Assembly (NCBI RefSeq): GCF_006345805.1
Contig: NC_043022.1
Span: 6,386,001-6,450,000 of the forward strand
Length of the DNA stretch: 64,000 bases
Source: Octopus sinensis
Lineage: Eukaryota
Direction: 5' to 3'
Shown here: positions 25,603 to 38,473 of the stretch, in pieces
Layout: every line of letters starts with the position of its first letter
Numbering within the stretch: the first letter of the stretch is position 1
The notes under the pieces: generated by a model
What the model was told of the DNA's origin: nothing
What the model saw: the letters and a program-made list of their open reading frames with translations, nothing else
Database searches by the model: none
Translations under genes and position numbers: made by a program

Positions 25603-25903
25603 ACATTAACAATTAAGGAACGGCCATAATAGGCCATTCACCCACTAGAAATAACAGCCAAAGCTTCTACCGCAAATAAAGATTAATTCCGTAAACAGGA
25701 GAAAATTAAAAAAATTTAATTTAATCAGGTTAGTTTACCATTAAACAGCGGATGAAACGGTATACCGTACAAGAAATTACAGGGTAAATGTTTTTTTTAA
25801 TTTTCTCCTGTTTACGGAATTAATCTTTATTTGCGGTAGAAGCTTTGGCTGTTATTTCTAGTGGGTGAATGGCCTATTATGGCCGTTCCTTAATTGTTAA
25901 TGT
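25603..25903. repeat. Inverted repeat, about 112-bp arms and about 76-bp spacer, between (TA)n tracts
   Basis: 25603-25714 is the reverse complement of 25791-25903. Confidence 0.92.
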
Positions 25904-26417
25904 ATATATATATATATTATATATATATATATATAGTTAATCCAAACAAGAAAACAGAAAAAACCCAGAAAAAAACACAGCAACGCGAGGACGTGGAACA
26001 ATTAAAGTATTATTGACGTTCAGGAAAGAAGAGAAGGGAGCGGAGCTCTTCGTCGGAAACAAGGAGAAGGAAAGATCCCGAGAAGGGAAGACAGAGGTGG
26101 TAAAGACCTCCTTCGGTCTTTACCATACCTAGAAAATTCCCCTCCGGGGCACAAGTCCAGGCAAGGTTGTTTATGGAAGACCAGCAGTTGCCCATGCATA
26201 CCAGCCTCCTCTTCTCCATGCCACCAGTGTTATCCAAGGGAAAGACGAAGGGACTGATACAGCTTGGCACCAATGATGTTGCAACTCATTTCTACAGATG
26301 AGTGAACTGGGGCAACAGGAAATGAAGTGTCTTGCTCAAGAACACAACACAGTGTGCGTGTGTATATATAGTGTTTGTATGTGTGTGCAAGTATATATAA
26401 TATATATATATATATAT

Positions 26418-26776
26418 ACTCTTTACTCTTTTACTCTTTTACTTGTTTCAGTCATTTGACTGCGGCCATGCTGGAGCACCGCCTTTAGTCGAGCAAATCG
26501 ACCCCGGGACTTATTCTTTGTAAGCCCAGTACTTATTCTATCGGTCTCTTTTGCCGAACCGCTAAATGACGGGGACGTAAACACACCAGCATCGGTTGTC
26601 AAGCAATGCTAGGGGGACAAACACACACACTCAAAGACATACACATATATACACATATATACATATATACGACAGGCTTCTTTCAGTTTCTGTCTACCAA
26701 ATCCACTCACAAGGCATTGGTCGGCCCGGGGCTACAGCAGAAGACACTTGCCCAAGATGCCACGCAGTGGGACTGA

Positions 26777-26778
<2 letters not shown>
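26418..26778 (-). mobile_element. SINE family A, 5' truncated
   Basis: Same body; (tactct)n tail. Confidence 0.88.
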
Positions 26779-26831
<53 letters not shown>

Positions 26832-27227
26832 GTTGTATATGTCTACTCAGTACCTATGCACTTTTCTATACTCACGCACACACGCATTTCCTTTCTTGCG
26901 GAAGGACTACTTTCCGAAACGTCGGATGCTTATTTCTTCGAAGCCTGGCACACAGCCTTTCCATCTTGTTCTATTTTAACTGTTTTCGCAAATTTCTTTT
27001 TTTCAATTTTCATTATATATATGCCGTTGTCTTTTTATTTAATCCTGAATATGTATGTATGTGTGTGTGTGTATATATATATATGTATGTATGTACGTGT
27101 GTATGTATGTATGTGTGCGTATGTATGTATGTATGTATGTATGTATGTATGTATATATGTATGTGTGTGTATGTATGCGTGTGTGTATGTATGTATGTAT
27201 TCATGTATTCCTTCATTTATCCCGCAG

Positions 27228-27469
27228 GTGAGTCTGGGGTGACCGAAATCATCCCAGCTGGACGTTCCCCAACGTATGGACTGGCACCTTCTGTGGAACT
27301 CGATGACCGACCATCCTTCCCTCCACCGAATCGAACCAGTCTCAGTCCGGTTGTCATCGTGATTCTGATCCTTTTGGTGCCAGCTCTTTTGTTTTTGGTT
27401 GCAACAGGAATATGGTGTCGGTTCTTCAACAAGTCCGCCGAATACAGCGTCAGAAGAGCGATTCGATGA
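27228..27469 (+). CDS. ZP-domain protein last coding exon with transmembrane helix (VVIVILILLVPALLFLVATGIW) and short basic tail
   Basis: ttcatttatcccgcAG acceptor, phase 1, hydrophobic run of about 22 aa, stop TGA at 27467-27469. Confidence 0.75.
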
Positions 27470-27540
27470 GAAGCTTTGGGATATCGATTATGGTGTGGCG
27501 TAATATTTATTGAGATTTTGGACAGTTTTATGCTAAGTTC

Positions 27541-27541
27541 T

Positions 27542-27610
<69 letters not shown>

Positions 27611-28045
27611 TATACACCACACACATATACACACACACATATACACACACACATATACACACACACATATACACACACACATATACACACACACATATAC
27701 ACACACACATATACACACACACATATACACACACACATATACACACACACATATACACACATACACACATACACACACACACAGACACACCACACACAGA
27801 CACACACACACCGACACACACACACAGACACACAACACAACACACACACACAGACACAACACACAGACACACACACACACAGACACACACACACAGACAC
27901 ACACAGACACACACACACACACACCACACACACACACTACACACACACACAGACACAACACACAGACACACACACACACACAACAGACACACACACAACA
28001 CACACAGAACACACACAGAACACACACAGAACACACACACACACA

Positions 28046-28086
<41 letters not shown>

Positions 28087-28500
28087 CACACACAGAAACA
28101 CACACAGAACACACACAGACACACACACACGACACACACACAGACACACACCACACACACAGACACACACACAGACACCACAGACACACACAGACACAAC
28201 ACACACCACACACACACACCAGACACACACACAACACACTACACACACACACACACATACACACAACACACACACACACACACCAGACACACACACCAGA
28301 CACACACCACAGACACACACACACAGACACACACACACAGACACACACACACACAGCACACACACAGACACACACACACAGACACACACACACACACACA
28401 CACACAGACACACACACACACACACACACAACACACGACAACACACACACAGACACACAACACAGACACACACACACACACACAAGTACACACAAGTACA
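27541..28500. repeat. (CA)n compound microsatellite; others at 39925-40220, 40650-40950, 56650-57000
   Basis: Direct reading. Confidence 0.95.
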
Positions 28501-29344
28501 CAAAAATGCCCTAGGTGTGGCATTAGGCTTCTCAGGTGTGTGGAAGCTTATCTTTAGCCTAAGTAGATTTATTTAAATACTGTGTTTTGTTGGTGGGGAG
28601 GGTTATTGGGGGGGGGGCTTTTGGGAGTTCTTCCTGTTATTTCAGTGTTTGGTCGGTTTCTATAATTATTTATTTCTGCGACACACAGACATCTGTATTT
28701 CTTTTTTGAATAATCTCTGGTTTAGATCGACTTAATGTCTCAGGTATATGTATATACCTGAATGTACATGTCTCAATATAGTAATATAGAGCTAGTTTTG
28801 GAGCTGGGACAGCGAAGATGAATGGACGGGAGGACAGACGTGTGGAGCTGGCTTGGATAGAGAAAAGGACATGTGGAACCGGATAAGATAGGTGGATGGT
28901 TTGATTGGGCGATAGGAGAAACAGACATGTTGGGATGGAGGGAGACGTGTGGAGATGGACGGTGAAGTAGACATGTTGAACGGGATGCGAGCGACTGATC
29001 GATAGATGGAGAGGCAAACGTGTGGAAATAGATGAGGTAGAGACACAAGCATGTTGGGATGAATGGATGGATGGAGGGAAGGTGAGATTAACATGTGGGG
29101 GTGGATTAGATGGATGGATGGATACAAAGACAAATACCAATTTAAATTAATTTAGGTAAAGAGGGGAAAAACTTTTAAAATAATCAAAACTTTAGAATTC
29201 GAATAAATTAGTGACGGGGAAAGTGAAAGTAGGGAGAGAGTTGGAGATTCGTGGGAAAGAAAAAGTTCCAACATTTCTGGCAAAGAAATCAGGAGATGTT
29301 TAAGGAAAAATAGTTTCTCACCCTCTCAACAGGAGTTTCCTTTC

Positions 29345-31080
29345 CTACATGTTTTTCTCTCCTAGCGATACTCCTACATTAAACCAAGTCGATGCTTCAG
29401 CTCCATAGCTACTCAGTTTCACACGAGTACGCTCGTTCAGGATCCTTTGAAGAAATCGGTCTGAGTATTCTATTAGACCCTGAACGACCCCACACGCTTG
29501 AAACTCCGAGTATTTACGAGCCAAATCATCCAATTCACTCAAACGTTGGTTGAGTTCTCTTTGTCTAGTTTTTTCTCTTCTAAACATATATTCGTTCTCT
29601 GAGAAAACATCTTAGATTGGAATCGGTTTGTTTGTTAAAATCTCCCCAGTCCGTCATATAGAAATAACTTTCTTTCAAAATGGTAAATATTGGCTTTTTG
29701 ACAGCTTCTGATGTTGGCATCGTATGAAAGTCAGACCCGAGTCAAAATTCAAATGTTTACTTTAAATGCCTATAAATCTTAATATACGTATTTAATCTGT
29801 TTATATAATGATTGCGGTTTATAAAACATCACAGATATATATTCATAATATTTGGGTCACATTGCATTCCTACCACAGACAAGAAGCCAAGTGACTTGTA
29901 ACTGTAACCTCGAGATATCTCCATTTTTCTTTATAAAGCCACATCTGAGCTGATGTACAAAAGAGCTTGACATCGGCAAGCCGTGTTCCGATCAATGAGA
30001 GGACCATTTCGGAGAGAAATGGTTTGAGGGACGTGGACAGTTCTTTTTCAAATTTAATTCAACCAAACCCCACAATTTTCTAACGAAATTACACTTGTTT
30101 GTAACTCTTTAGACTTGCAACTCACTGAGAAATTTTCCCAACACAAACCTTGACTTTGAGATGAGTCAAAACTGATTTAATCTCTTTAATCTTATATCTA
30201 GGTTTTTAATCTGAATTACGATAAAGACATTATGTCTTAGATTTAAACTGGTTTAAAAATTCAGTTGGGCTCCTTTTTAAAATAGAATGGCGAAAGTATG
30301 GCGAGATGCTCTTAAAGTGTTGATAGAAACACGTTGAGAATTATCTTTAATGTTGATAGTACCGTGTGTGTGTGTGTGTGTGTATTGACGTGTGAATATG
30401 TTTGTTTGACACTTTACTGGTTTTACTTTTCGAATTTCTTACCAGCTAAACAATACTAGATTTCCAGCCAGGAAAAACCGCTCTTTCGTTGAAATTTGGA
30501 CGGCTACAGCAGGGTAGTGTTTTATGCATGTAAGCCTGCATATACATATATACGTGTACGTGGCATACCCGAGTGCAAGAATGGGTGTCATTGCATATGT
30601 GGATCCAGGTATTTTGACAGATGTACACATATGCTTCCCTGTCTATAAATGTGTAATAAATACACCTATTGCATATTAAACTTCTGAAATGTTTGACATA
30701 TTTTGACAGTGTCTTTAATAGTTGTAACTCCTTGGTTAGGCGTCGTCTTCCTGCTTTTATGAAACCCGACTTCACAAGATTGCTTCGAAGTCACGTATCC
30801 ATCTCTGTCAATGTGTTCGTAAAGTTCTGCAGATTTTCAGTGGACCATTTATTTTAATTACAATTTCTCAATTGCAAATCTAGGTTATTTTTATTTCTTA
30901 TAACGTCTAAATACTTCTTCCAACTTTTTCCTTGATCTTTCTGCAAAATGGTTCCAAGGCAGGACTTTAATGTTCTTCAGAAACGGTACAATGCATTCAT
31001 CAAGTTTTATTGTTTTTGTTTTAGTTGAGAATTTCCAGAATGTTCTTTCTGATTCAATGATGCTTGTCCAAGTTTTTTTT
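29345..31080 (-). pseudogene. Frame-disrupted coding-like region of unknown family; cleanest part is a putative terminal exon 29345-29598
   Basis: Protein-like open segments in several frames (RQRELNQRLSELDDLARKYSEF..., FEKELSTSLKPFLSEMVLSLIG..., LRSNLVKSGFIKAGRRRLTKELQLL...), in-frame stops, acceptor ttttctcAG at 29599-29600. Confidence 0.35.
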
Positions 31081-34000
31081 TTTTTAACTAGTTTTGTATT
31101 TTTTTTTATTTATTTCTTTTGTCCCCAGATTAAGTTAATGAGATTTTTCGATTGTTATGAAAATTATTACATTTCAAAATTTTGTTTTGTTCTTTTGTCT
31201 AAACAAATTGTGTGTGTGTGTGTGTGTTCGTTCGTTCGTTCGTTCGTTCGTTCCTTCCTTCCTTCCTCCGTTTTCTAGCAGAACCAAAATATGAGTAAGA
31301 CGTTAGGCAGCAGTTTTCCAAGACTTTTAATTAGCTGATATCACCTTTTTCAGGGAACGCCCTGGAAAGAGAAAGAAAGAAAGAAATGGGGGTAGGGGAC
31401 GAAATTCAGGTGAAAGTCGGCAGAGAGAATAACTGTGAATTTATTCTTGTCTTTGTTTCCCAAGTTGCTCCGGTATGGGGGTGAGGAGTTCGTGTCTCCA
31501 CCAGAAACTGAAGAGATCAACAGAGCAACTTTGTTGTGCTGTGTGCCGCGTTTGAATGTCCTTCAAAATAAGTCGACTCGACCAGCAAACCATCTGAAAT
31601 TGTTAGAAGCAAAAAAAAAAATGTTATTTGCTTTAATTCTCTAGAAAAGATCAGTTAACACGCCTGAGTGCTTTGTTCCATTGTCTTTTGAGCGTGTCCA
31701 GATTTCTGTGACTGTCTTTGGATGTTTCTCTTCCTAATATGGTTTGCAACCTTCAAAACTATCCGACACTCTGGGCCCCCAGCTTCGTCTTTCATGAAGA
31801 AGGACAATTGATGAGATTCAAAGTTTTTTTTGAGGGGGGGGGGTTGTTTGTTTGTTTTTCTGGTTCTTTCAAATTTATTTCTGCAAGGTTTCAGTTGACC
31901 CAGTAGCTGTTACATGCTTTGTTGTTTTGTTTGGCGGGCGGGGGGAGGCATTTTATTCTTTTCGATTTTCTTTACCTTTTTTTCGTTAGGGAGAACCACC
32001 ACCAGCACTCCATTCGCCATTTTGTTTCCTTTTCATTTTTTAGCCTTTTTAATTTTTGTAGAATAAAAAATATATCGCATTCTTGGATGGGTTTTTTAAA
32101 TACCAAGATTCCACAGAAAATATTTACTTAATAAAATGATACTAAGATTTCAGATGGAAATATATATATATTTTTTTGTTTTCTAAACTAAAGATAAGGA
32201 TCTGTTTTAATTTGTCAATTATGGAAAGATTCTTTTTTGGAATATTTTTTAATGAAATATCCTTTTCATGAGACTCTTCTTTGTCATTCATATTTTTCCT
32301 TTATTTCTATGAACTATTTTTGTGAAAAAAGTGACAATAAATAAAATTCTAAAGATATGAAGTTTAAATAAAACACGTCTTAATTTCTGATGAATTATGA
32401 CTTCGACCACTTGGCGATGCCATGTCAGATTTGAAACAGCAGACTGGAATCAAAGGCATTCCACTCCTGACTATCTCAATTTTTATTCACACAGTCTATC
32501 TGTGAGTGCTTTTTAAGATAACACCGTCATGAAGGAAATTTGGGAAGTTGCGGTTTCAATTACTGATGGAAGCTATTTAATTAATTTGGTCATTTTATAT
32601 TGTAATTAATGGGACAAACTGATTCTAGGACAGATCACCCATTGGACAATAACTTAACTTCGATATTGCTGAAAATTGGCATTGGGTAGATTCCCAAATT
32701 TTCGGTCCAAAAGTTACAGGGCCATTTCGGGGATCAGCGATGACGTCACATTCTTTTTTTTAAAATTGCCATTGTTTTTTCTCAGTGATTTAGACATATA
32801 AATATATATTTGGAACCAGAAGAATCTGTACATTCCATAAATGTCATTGTTTTTGATGTTAAATAAATTTAAAAAATAATCCAATAAATGAATAAAGGAA
32901 CTTTTTGATCTCTCAACCACTTGGTCTGAAAAAATAAAATTCATTGCTCACAAAAAAATGTCCCCTTTGTTCGTTTTTTATAATCAACCTGAGAGATATC
33001 TGGCTGCTATTTCTAGTGCATTGCAAAGAGGCTCCATCGTTGACAACTGTTGCGGCAAGTGAAATATTCCAAACATTTTGACTGGACGGACGTCGCACGG
33101 CATACAAGAATACACGAAATCTTGGCCAGCAAACGGTTAAATCTAATATTATGGTCTCGTCTCACAAAATCGTGATATTAATACCATTTCTACATTTTTT
33201 TTACTCCCCTCGTCGAGGCCTGTCGGAGCTACATATATTAGATTTCGGCAGTGGTTGACATTTTATTTCAGTGGTGTAATCAAAAGGCCAACAGCATGGC
33301 TGCATCTAACTGCTTCTGCTAATCATAAATACTTTATACACACACACACACACACACACATCTCAATCGGTTTGGGGATTGTTTATGTTAGTTATATATT
33401 TTTTTAATGTTTTGGCAGTTGGGGTGGGGTGGGGGCAAGAAAGGAAGATTAAAACTGAGTACAGATGGCGATGTTTAAAAATAAACTAAAATTGAACAAA
33501 TTCACCGAAAAAAAAACAAAAAAAACCGTCACGTCCTTATGCATGACCACGTGCCGTCTATGGTGTCGTCTGTTTAGGAGACAATGAAAGGGTTTTGTTA
33601 AATCGTTGTGTATAGCTGTCGATGTGTGGGTTTTTATAATTAAAAAAGTGAAATGACTGAGGACCAATGTCGGGAGGAACAGGAATTTCTCTTGTTCACT
33701 TTTAATGATTTATTATATCATTTCTATTTTGCTTTCGGCAACGCCTGCAATGGTATCGGCCGACAATTGTTACTGATGTTCGCTTAAAGCATATTTTACT
33801 ATTAATAGTTGGTTTCTTGCTTTCGTGTTTGCTCTTTTTTTTTTTAACTTCTTTCTAACAAATAGTAATTTTTATTGTTAAATTCAATGTTGCCATCATT
33901 TCTTTTATTTGTTTCAGTCATTGGACTGCGACCATGCTATAGCAATGTCTTGAGTCAGGATCTTGTTAAATTTCTTCCAACCACTTCAAATTTTCATCGG

Positions 34001-34344
34001 ATTATTTTCATAAAATGATCTGTTATTGTTTCTCATGTTGATGACGAAAACCGCATTTATTTTTTCTAGCAACAAATGGTAAGAAACAAAATCCTCTCGA
34101 ACGTTTACAATTACGTCACTGATGCTAATCGACAGCTTCCATTGCCAAGATATACCGTCTTAACTGTTTGTCCCCGTGGGAACAGCACGCACGAAAGATT
34201 TAGATGGTCTCATCATCTGCTAGAAATAGTAGCCAAATCTTCCTTAAGCCATTAAGTCCCAGAGTACTAAAATTTCTGAATATTACTTTTACATTTTCAC
34301 AGAGGATTGAAAATACGTTAACATTTTTAAAAAAATCAATCATC

Positions 34345-34740
34345 ATCATCATCATTGTTCGACCGTGGTCGAGACAATGGAATTTACCATGCTACGCCAG
34401 ACTTCACGGTCCATCATGGCATTACGGAGGTCCTGTTGCTGGATGCCTGTATCCCTGGAGATTACATCAGAGTAGGAGAGCGTGTGCCCTCTGGTATCAA
34501 GAGTAGATGGCTTCCAGAGGAAAAGAGTAGAAATTCTTTTTCAGCTATACAACAATGTCCAGCAAACTGGACTCTTCTACCTTTCACAAGAGATGACACA
34601 GGTGGTAGTTTCCCATATATTTGCATTTTGGTTGGATGGCGCTTCCACGAGAGATTTTGAGCTCTCATAAGGAGGCGAGTGTAGGTTCCATCCAACCGCC
34701 TCTCAAGCTTCTTTGATAACGTCCAGGTTTCTGAGCCATA
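34345..34740 (-). mobile_element. RTE LINE 3' fragment with (TGA)n tail
   Basis: DGTYTRLLMRAQNLSWKRHPT, RRVQFAGHC motifs; same family as 49255-49610. Confidence 0.85.
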
Positions 34741-35549
34741 TAGCCAATCAATAAAAACTCCTTTATTTCAAGTAGAAGTGGAAACGGTGTCCTACATATA
34801 GGACACTAATTTAATGTTTTCATTTAGTGTCCTATTTATAGGACAATGGACATAACCTCTAAAACACAAAAAAGATGACACATTGTGCCACAGCACTCTT
34901 TAAATTCCTCGCTTGAGGCAGGCCTACTTGTTGCGCATCATTACCAACATTTAAAGTCAATACCGACGGATGTAAAGTTTTATGGAACTAACTCTTACAA
35001 CACCTGCTTGTCCCCACAGATCGATATTAAATATACATTTTCTTAGGGTAAAATTGTAAAGAAGAAGGTGACGAAAGAATCGGTTATCAATGCTGTTATT
35101 GTACGAAGTGTAGTGTTGGTGGTGGTGGTGGTGGTCTTTCTTCGTCACCAAACCTTGTAAAACAAATTTTATCATGAGAATAGTACATTTGATATCGATC
35201 TTTGGGACCCAATAATTACTTTATGGGTCGTGAGTTCGATATACATCCAAGGAGACTGGTTTTGACTTAAAGACGGCAGAATCGTTTGGAGGCGGCGCAA
35301 ACATACTTATCAGCATTTCATAGGTCATTATGTTCTGAGTTCAAATCCCACCGAAGTCGACTTCGCCTTTCATCGATTCGAGATCGATGCATTAAGTACC
35401 AGTGATACCAGTGTAATCGACTTACACCCAACCCCGAAATTGCCGGCCTTGTACCAAAATTTGAAACCAATTTAAAGGTTAATAAAAATCAACAAGTGAA
35501 AAACACTTGGGCCTACCTCAAGCTAGGAAAAAAAAAACGGTTCTATGGC

Positions 35550-35995
35550 ATACTCTTTACTCTTTACTCTTTACTCTTTACTCTTTTACTCTTTACTCTT
35601 TTACTTGTTTCAGTCATTTGACTGCGGCCATGCTGGAACACCACCTTTAGTCGAGCAAATCGACCCTGGGACTTATTCTTTGCAAGCCCAGTACTTATTC
35701 TATCGGTCTCTTTCACCGAACCGCTAAGTGATGGGGACGTAAACACACCAGCATCGGTTGTCAAGCAATGCTAGGGAGACAAACACAGACACACAAACAC
35801 AGACACACATACATATATATATACATATATACGATGGGCTTCTTTCAGTTTCCATCTACCAAATCCACTCGCAAGGCATTGGTCGGCCCGGGGCTATAGC
35901 AGAAGACACTTGCCCAAGATGCCACGCAGTGGGACTGAACCTAGAACCATGTGGTTGGTTAGCAAGCTACTTACCACACAGCCACTCCTGCGCCT
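35550..35995 (-). mobile_element. SINE family A, full length
   Basis: Same consensus. Confidence 0.9.
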
Positions 35996-36249
35996 AATAT
36001 GTTATCTTTTTGGAGATTCTTTTTAGACGTTATAGTGTAGTTTAAGATTTGACTGCTATTTCTACCACGTCAAGTCACGACGTTCGGCATAATTGGCAAT
36101 GCAGGCTGCTGATTGGTTAGAATTACATAATTGTAAGTGCTTGGGCTTTTCTTTTTTTTTTTTGTGCAATTTCTAGAAAGAAAGAAAAAAAAGCAGTTTT
36201 CGCCAAAAGCATGAAAAACAATTTTTTTTTTTTTTTTTTTTTTTTAAAA

Positions 36250-36342
36250 TTTAACGTCCGCTTTCCATGCTAGCATGGGTTGGACGGTTCAGACCCCAGT
36301 TGAACCGTCCAACCCATGCTAGCATGGAAAGCGGACGTTAAA
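36250..36342. repeat. Perfect 42-bp stem, 9-nt loop hairpin made of two RTE-like tails, flanked by poly-T and poly-A
   Basis: Direct reading of both arms. Confidence 0.93.
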
Positions 36343-36604
36343 TAAAAAAAAAAAAAAAAAAAAGATCTAAATTCTATAAAAACGATTCGGTGAAAATTGG
36401 AAGAAATTTGAAATGGCTGGAAGAAATTTAACAGAATTCCTTATGCAAACAAATCGCCCCAGTATTTATTTTTTAAGCTTGGCGACTTATTCTATCGATG
36501 TCTATTTGCCGAATCGCTGAGTTACGGGGAGGTAAACACAGCCACACCAATTGTCAAGAGGTGGGGCGGGACACAGACACACAAAGGCACACACATACAA
36601 ATAC

Positions 36605-37004
36605 TGGCAATCTTTCGTCTCTAGTAGACCTTTCCGTCGATTTCCGTAAAAAACTTCTTTTTTTTTTACATATGGGCTTGCGGGAACTTTTGAAGTAATG
36701 AGAGCGAAAGAGACTCTCTCTTTCACACATTACTCTGTCTCTTCACACACACTAACAGAAGCACTTCACTTACACAACATACTGTCTGTCTCCCACACCC
36801 CATCAAACACACACACACACACACATGTACATCAATGCCTCCCCTGGACGGTAACTTCAAAAGAACTTCCCTCGTCATACAATCGCTTTCTCTTAGTCTC
36901 TTTCGCTCTCATTACTTCAAAAGTTCCCGCAAGCCCATATGTAAAAAAAAAAAATTTTTTTACGGAAATCGACGGAAAGGTCTACTAGAGACGAAAGATC
37001 GCCA
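36605..37004. mobile_element. MITE with long TIRs (about 110 bp), copy A
   Basis: TGGC(A/G)ATCTTTCGTCTCTAGTAG termini; flanks aaatac/caatac. Confidence 0.8.
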
Positions 37005-37530
37005 CAATACTCTGTTTCTTTCACTTTCTGGCTACCGATTCCACTCACAAGACTTTGGTCGACCCGAGGCCATAGGAGAAGACACTTGCCCAAGGTAGCA
37101 CTCAATGGGATTGAACCCGGAACCATGTGGTTGAGAAGCAAGCTTCTTACCGCACAGGAGAAATACATAAATGTGTAAATACAATTATTTACGCCTCGGG
37201 TGCAATATGGTCAAAGGTAGAAAGCCCCTAAAACGGCGATGGTCGCAGTTGGAACGTCTTTGGTCATAGATATGCATGATCAGGGCCGACAGATGGTGAA
37301 ACAGGAACAAGTAATCCCCCGCTAGACATTTTTTACAGGCTTTTGTTATTGGACAGCGGCCATGCTGGAGCACTCACTGCCTCTAAGGGTATTAGAAGAT
37401 CGTATGAACCCAGTTTCTATTTCAATGTGTTGCTTATTCTATCAGCCTCTTTTGCCGAACCGCTATGTTATAGGACGAAAACTAATAAACAGCGGTTATA
37501 AAGTGGCGGAGGGGACAAACGATACAAACG

Positions 37531-37564
<34 letters not shown>

Positions 37565-37693
37565 ATATATATTATATATATATATATATATATTATAATA
37601 AAATATTATTCGAGACAAAACCACTATTTTGCAAAACCAAACAAGGAAAGACTTAATCAATACATAAAATTTTTAATAATAGTCACAAAACCG

Positions 37694-37736
37694 CCACTAC
37701 AATCGTTTCTTGTCTTGATCGACAATCTTCAGGTGG
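37694..37736 (-). ncRNA. Minimal type I hammerhead ribozyme
   Basis: CCAC-CUGAAGA-UUGUC/GACAA-GAAAC-GAUU-GUA^GUGG: full catalytic core, stems I and II pair, short self-complementary stem III. Confidence 0.8.
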
Positions 37737-37788
37737 ACTTCCAATAATTCAGTGTCAAATTATGAATTTGACATGAAAAATTAGAAGT

Positions 37789-37832
37789 CCACCTGAAGAT
37801 TGTCGATCAGACAAGAAAAACGATTGTAGTGG
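37789..37832 (+). ncRNA. Second hammerhead copy in the opposite palindrome arm
   Basis: Same fold but GAAAAAC instead of GAAAC (two extra A). Confidence 0.6.
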
Positions 37833-38022
37833 CGGTTTTTTTTGACTATTTATAAATTTTATGTATTGATTAAGTCTTTCCTTGTTTGTTTGCAAAATAG
37901 TGGTTGTCTCGAATAATATTTTATAATATTTTACTATAATCGATTTAATCCTAAATCTGATTTTTTCCCTGTAAATTGGATTTATTCCCTCATATTTATT
38001 ATTATATATATATATATTATAT

Positions 38023-38061
<39 letters not shown>

Positions 38062-38182
38062 GGGATATTAGCCAATATCCCTTATATTACGGAGCAGTCA
38101 CTGCTATATATCTCATTAGAGATTATTATTGCTTATATATATATATATATATAATATATATATAATATATATAATATATATA

Positions 38183-38365
38183 AACATACATATAAGAGGG
38201 GTGACCACTAAGTGGATATCCATTATGCTAGAAGTAGACCCCCCCCATGGTCTTACCACAAAGAAAAGATTGTTTCTCTCTTTTCTTAGTGGTAAGACCA
38301 TAGGGGGGGTCTACTTCTAGCATAATGGATGTCCACTTAGTGGTCCCCCCTCTTATATGTATGTT
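38183..38365. repeat. Hairpin, about 87-bp arms, beside (TA)n
   Basis: Reverse-complement arms with a few mismatches, loop of about 9 nt. Confidence 0.9.
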
Positions 38366-38473
38366 ATATATTTTTTCTGAATCTTCAGATTTTTCAATAT
38401 GCTAGGCCACTGGTTTTAAATTGATATTAATCAAATTAATATTCAATTTTTCCCCCTTATTATTTAAATTTAT

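Larger units (their letters stand above)
37598..37924. repeat. Long palindrome (about 155-bp arms) beside (TA)n
   Basis: Arms are reverse complements apart from small indels; centre tgtcaaattATGaatttgaca. Confidence 0.92.

Noticed and set aside
26900-26945. Hammerhead-like ...GGAAGG...TTCCGAAACGTC
   Set aside because: CUGANGA box is missing, so it is too degenerate to call
27217-28576. Long His/Thr and Cys/Val ORFs (also 39612-41141, 56538-57307)
   Set aside because: Translations of (CA)n/(TG)n microsatellites
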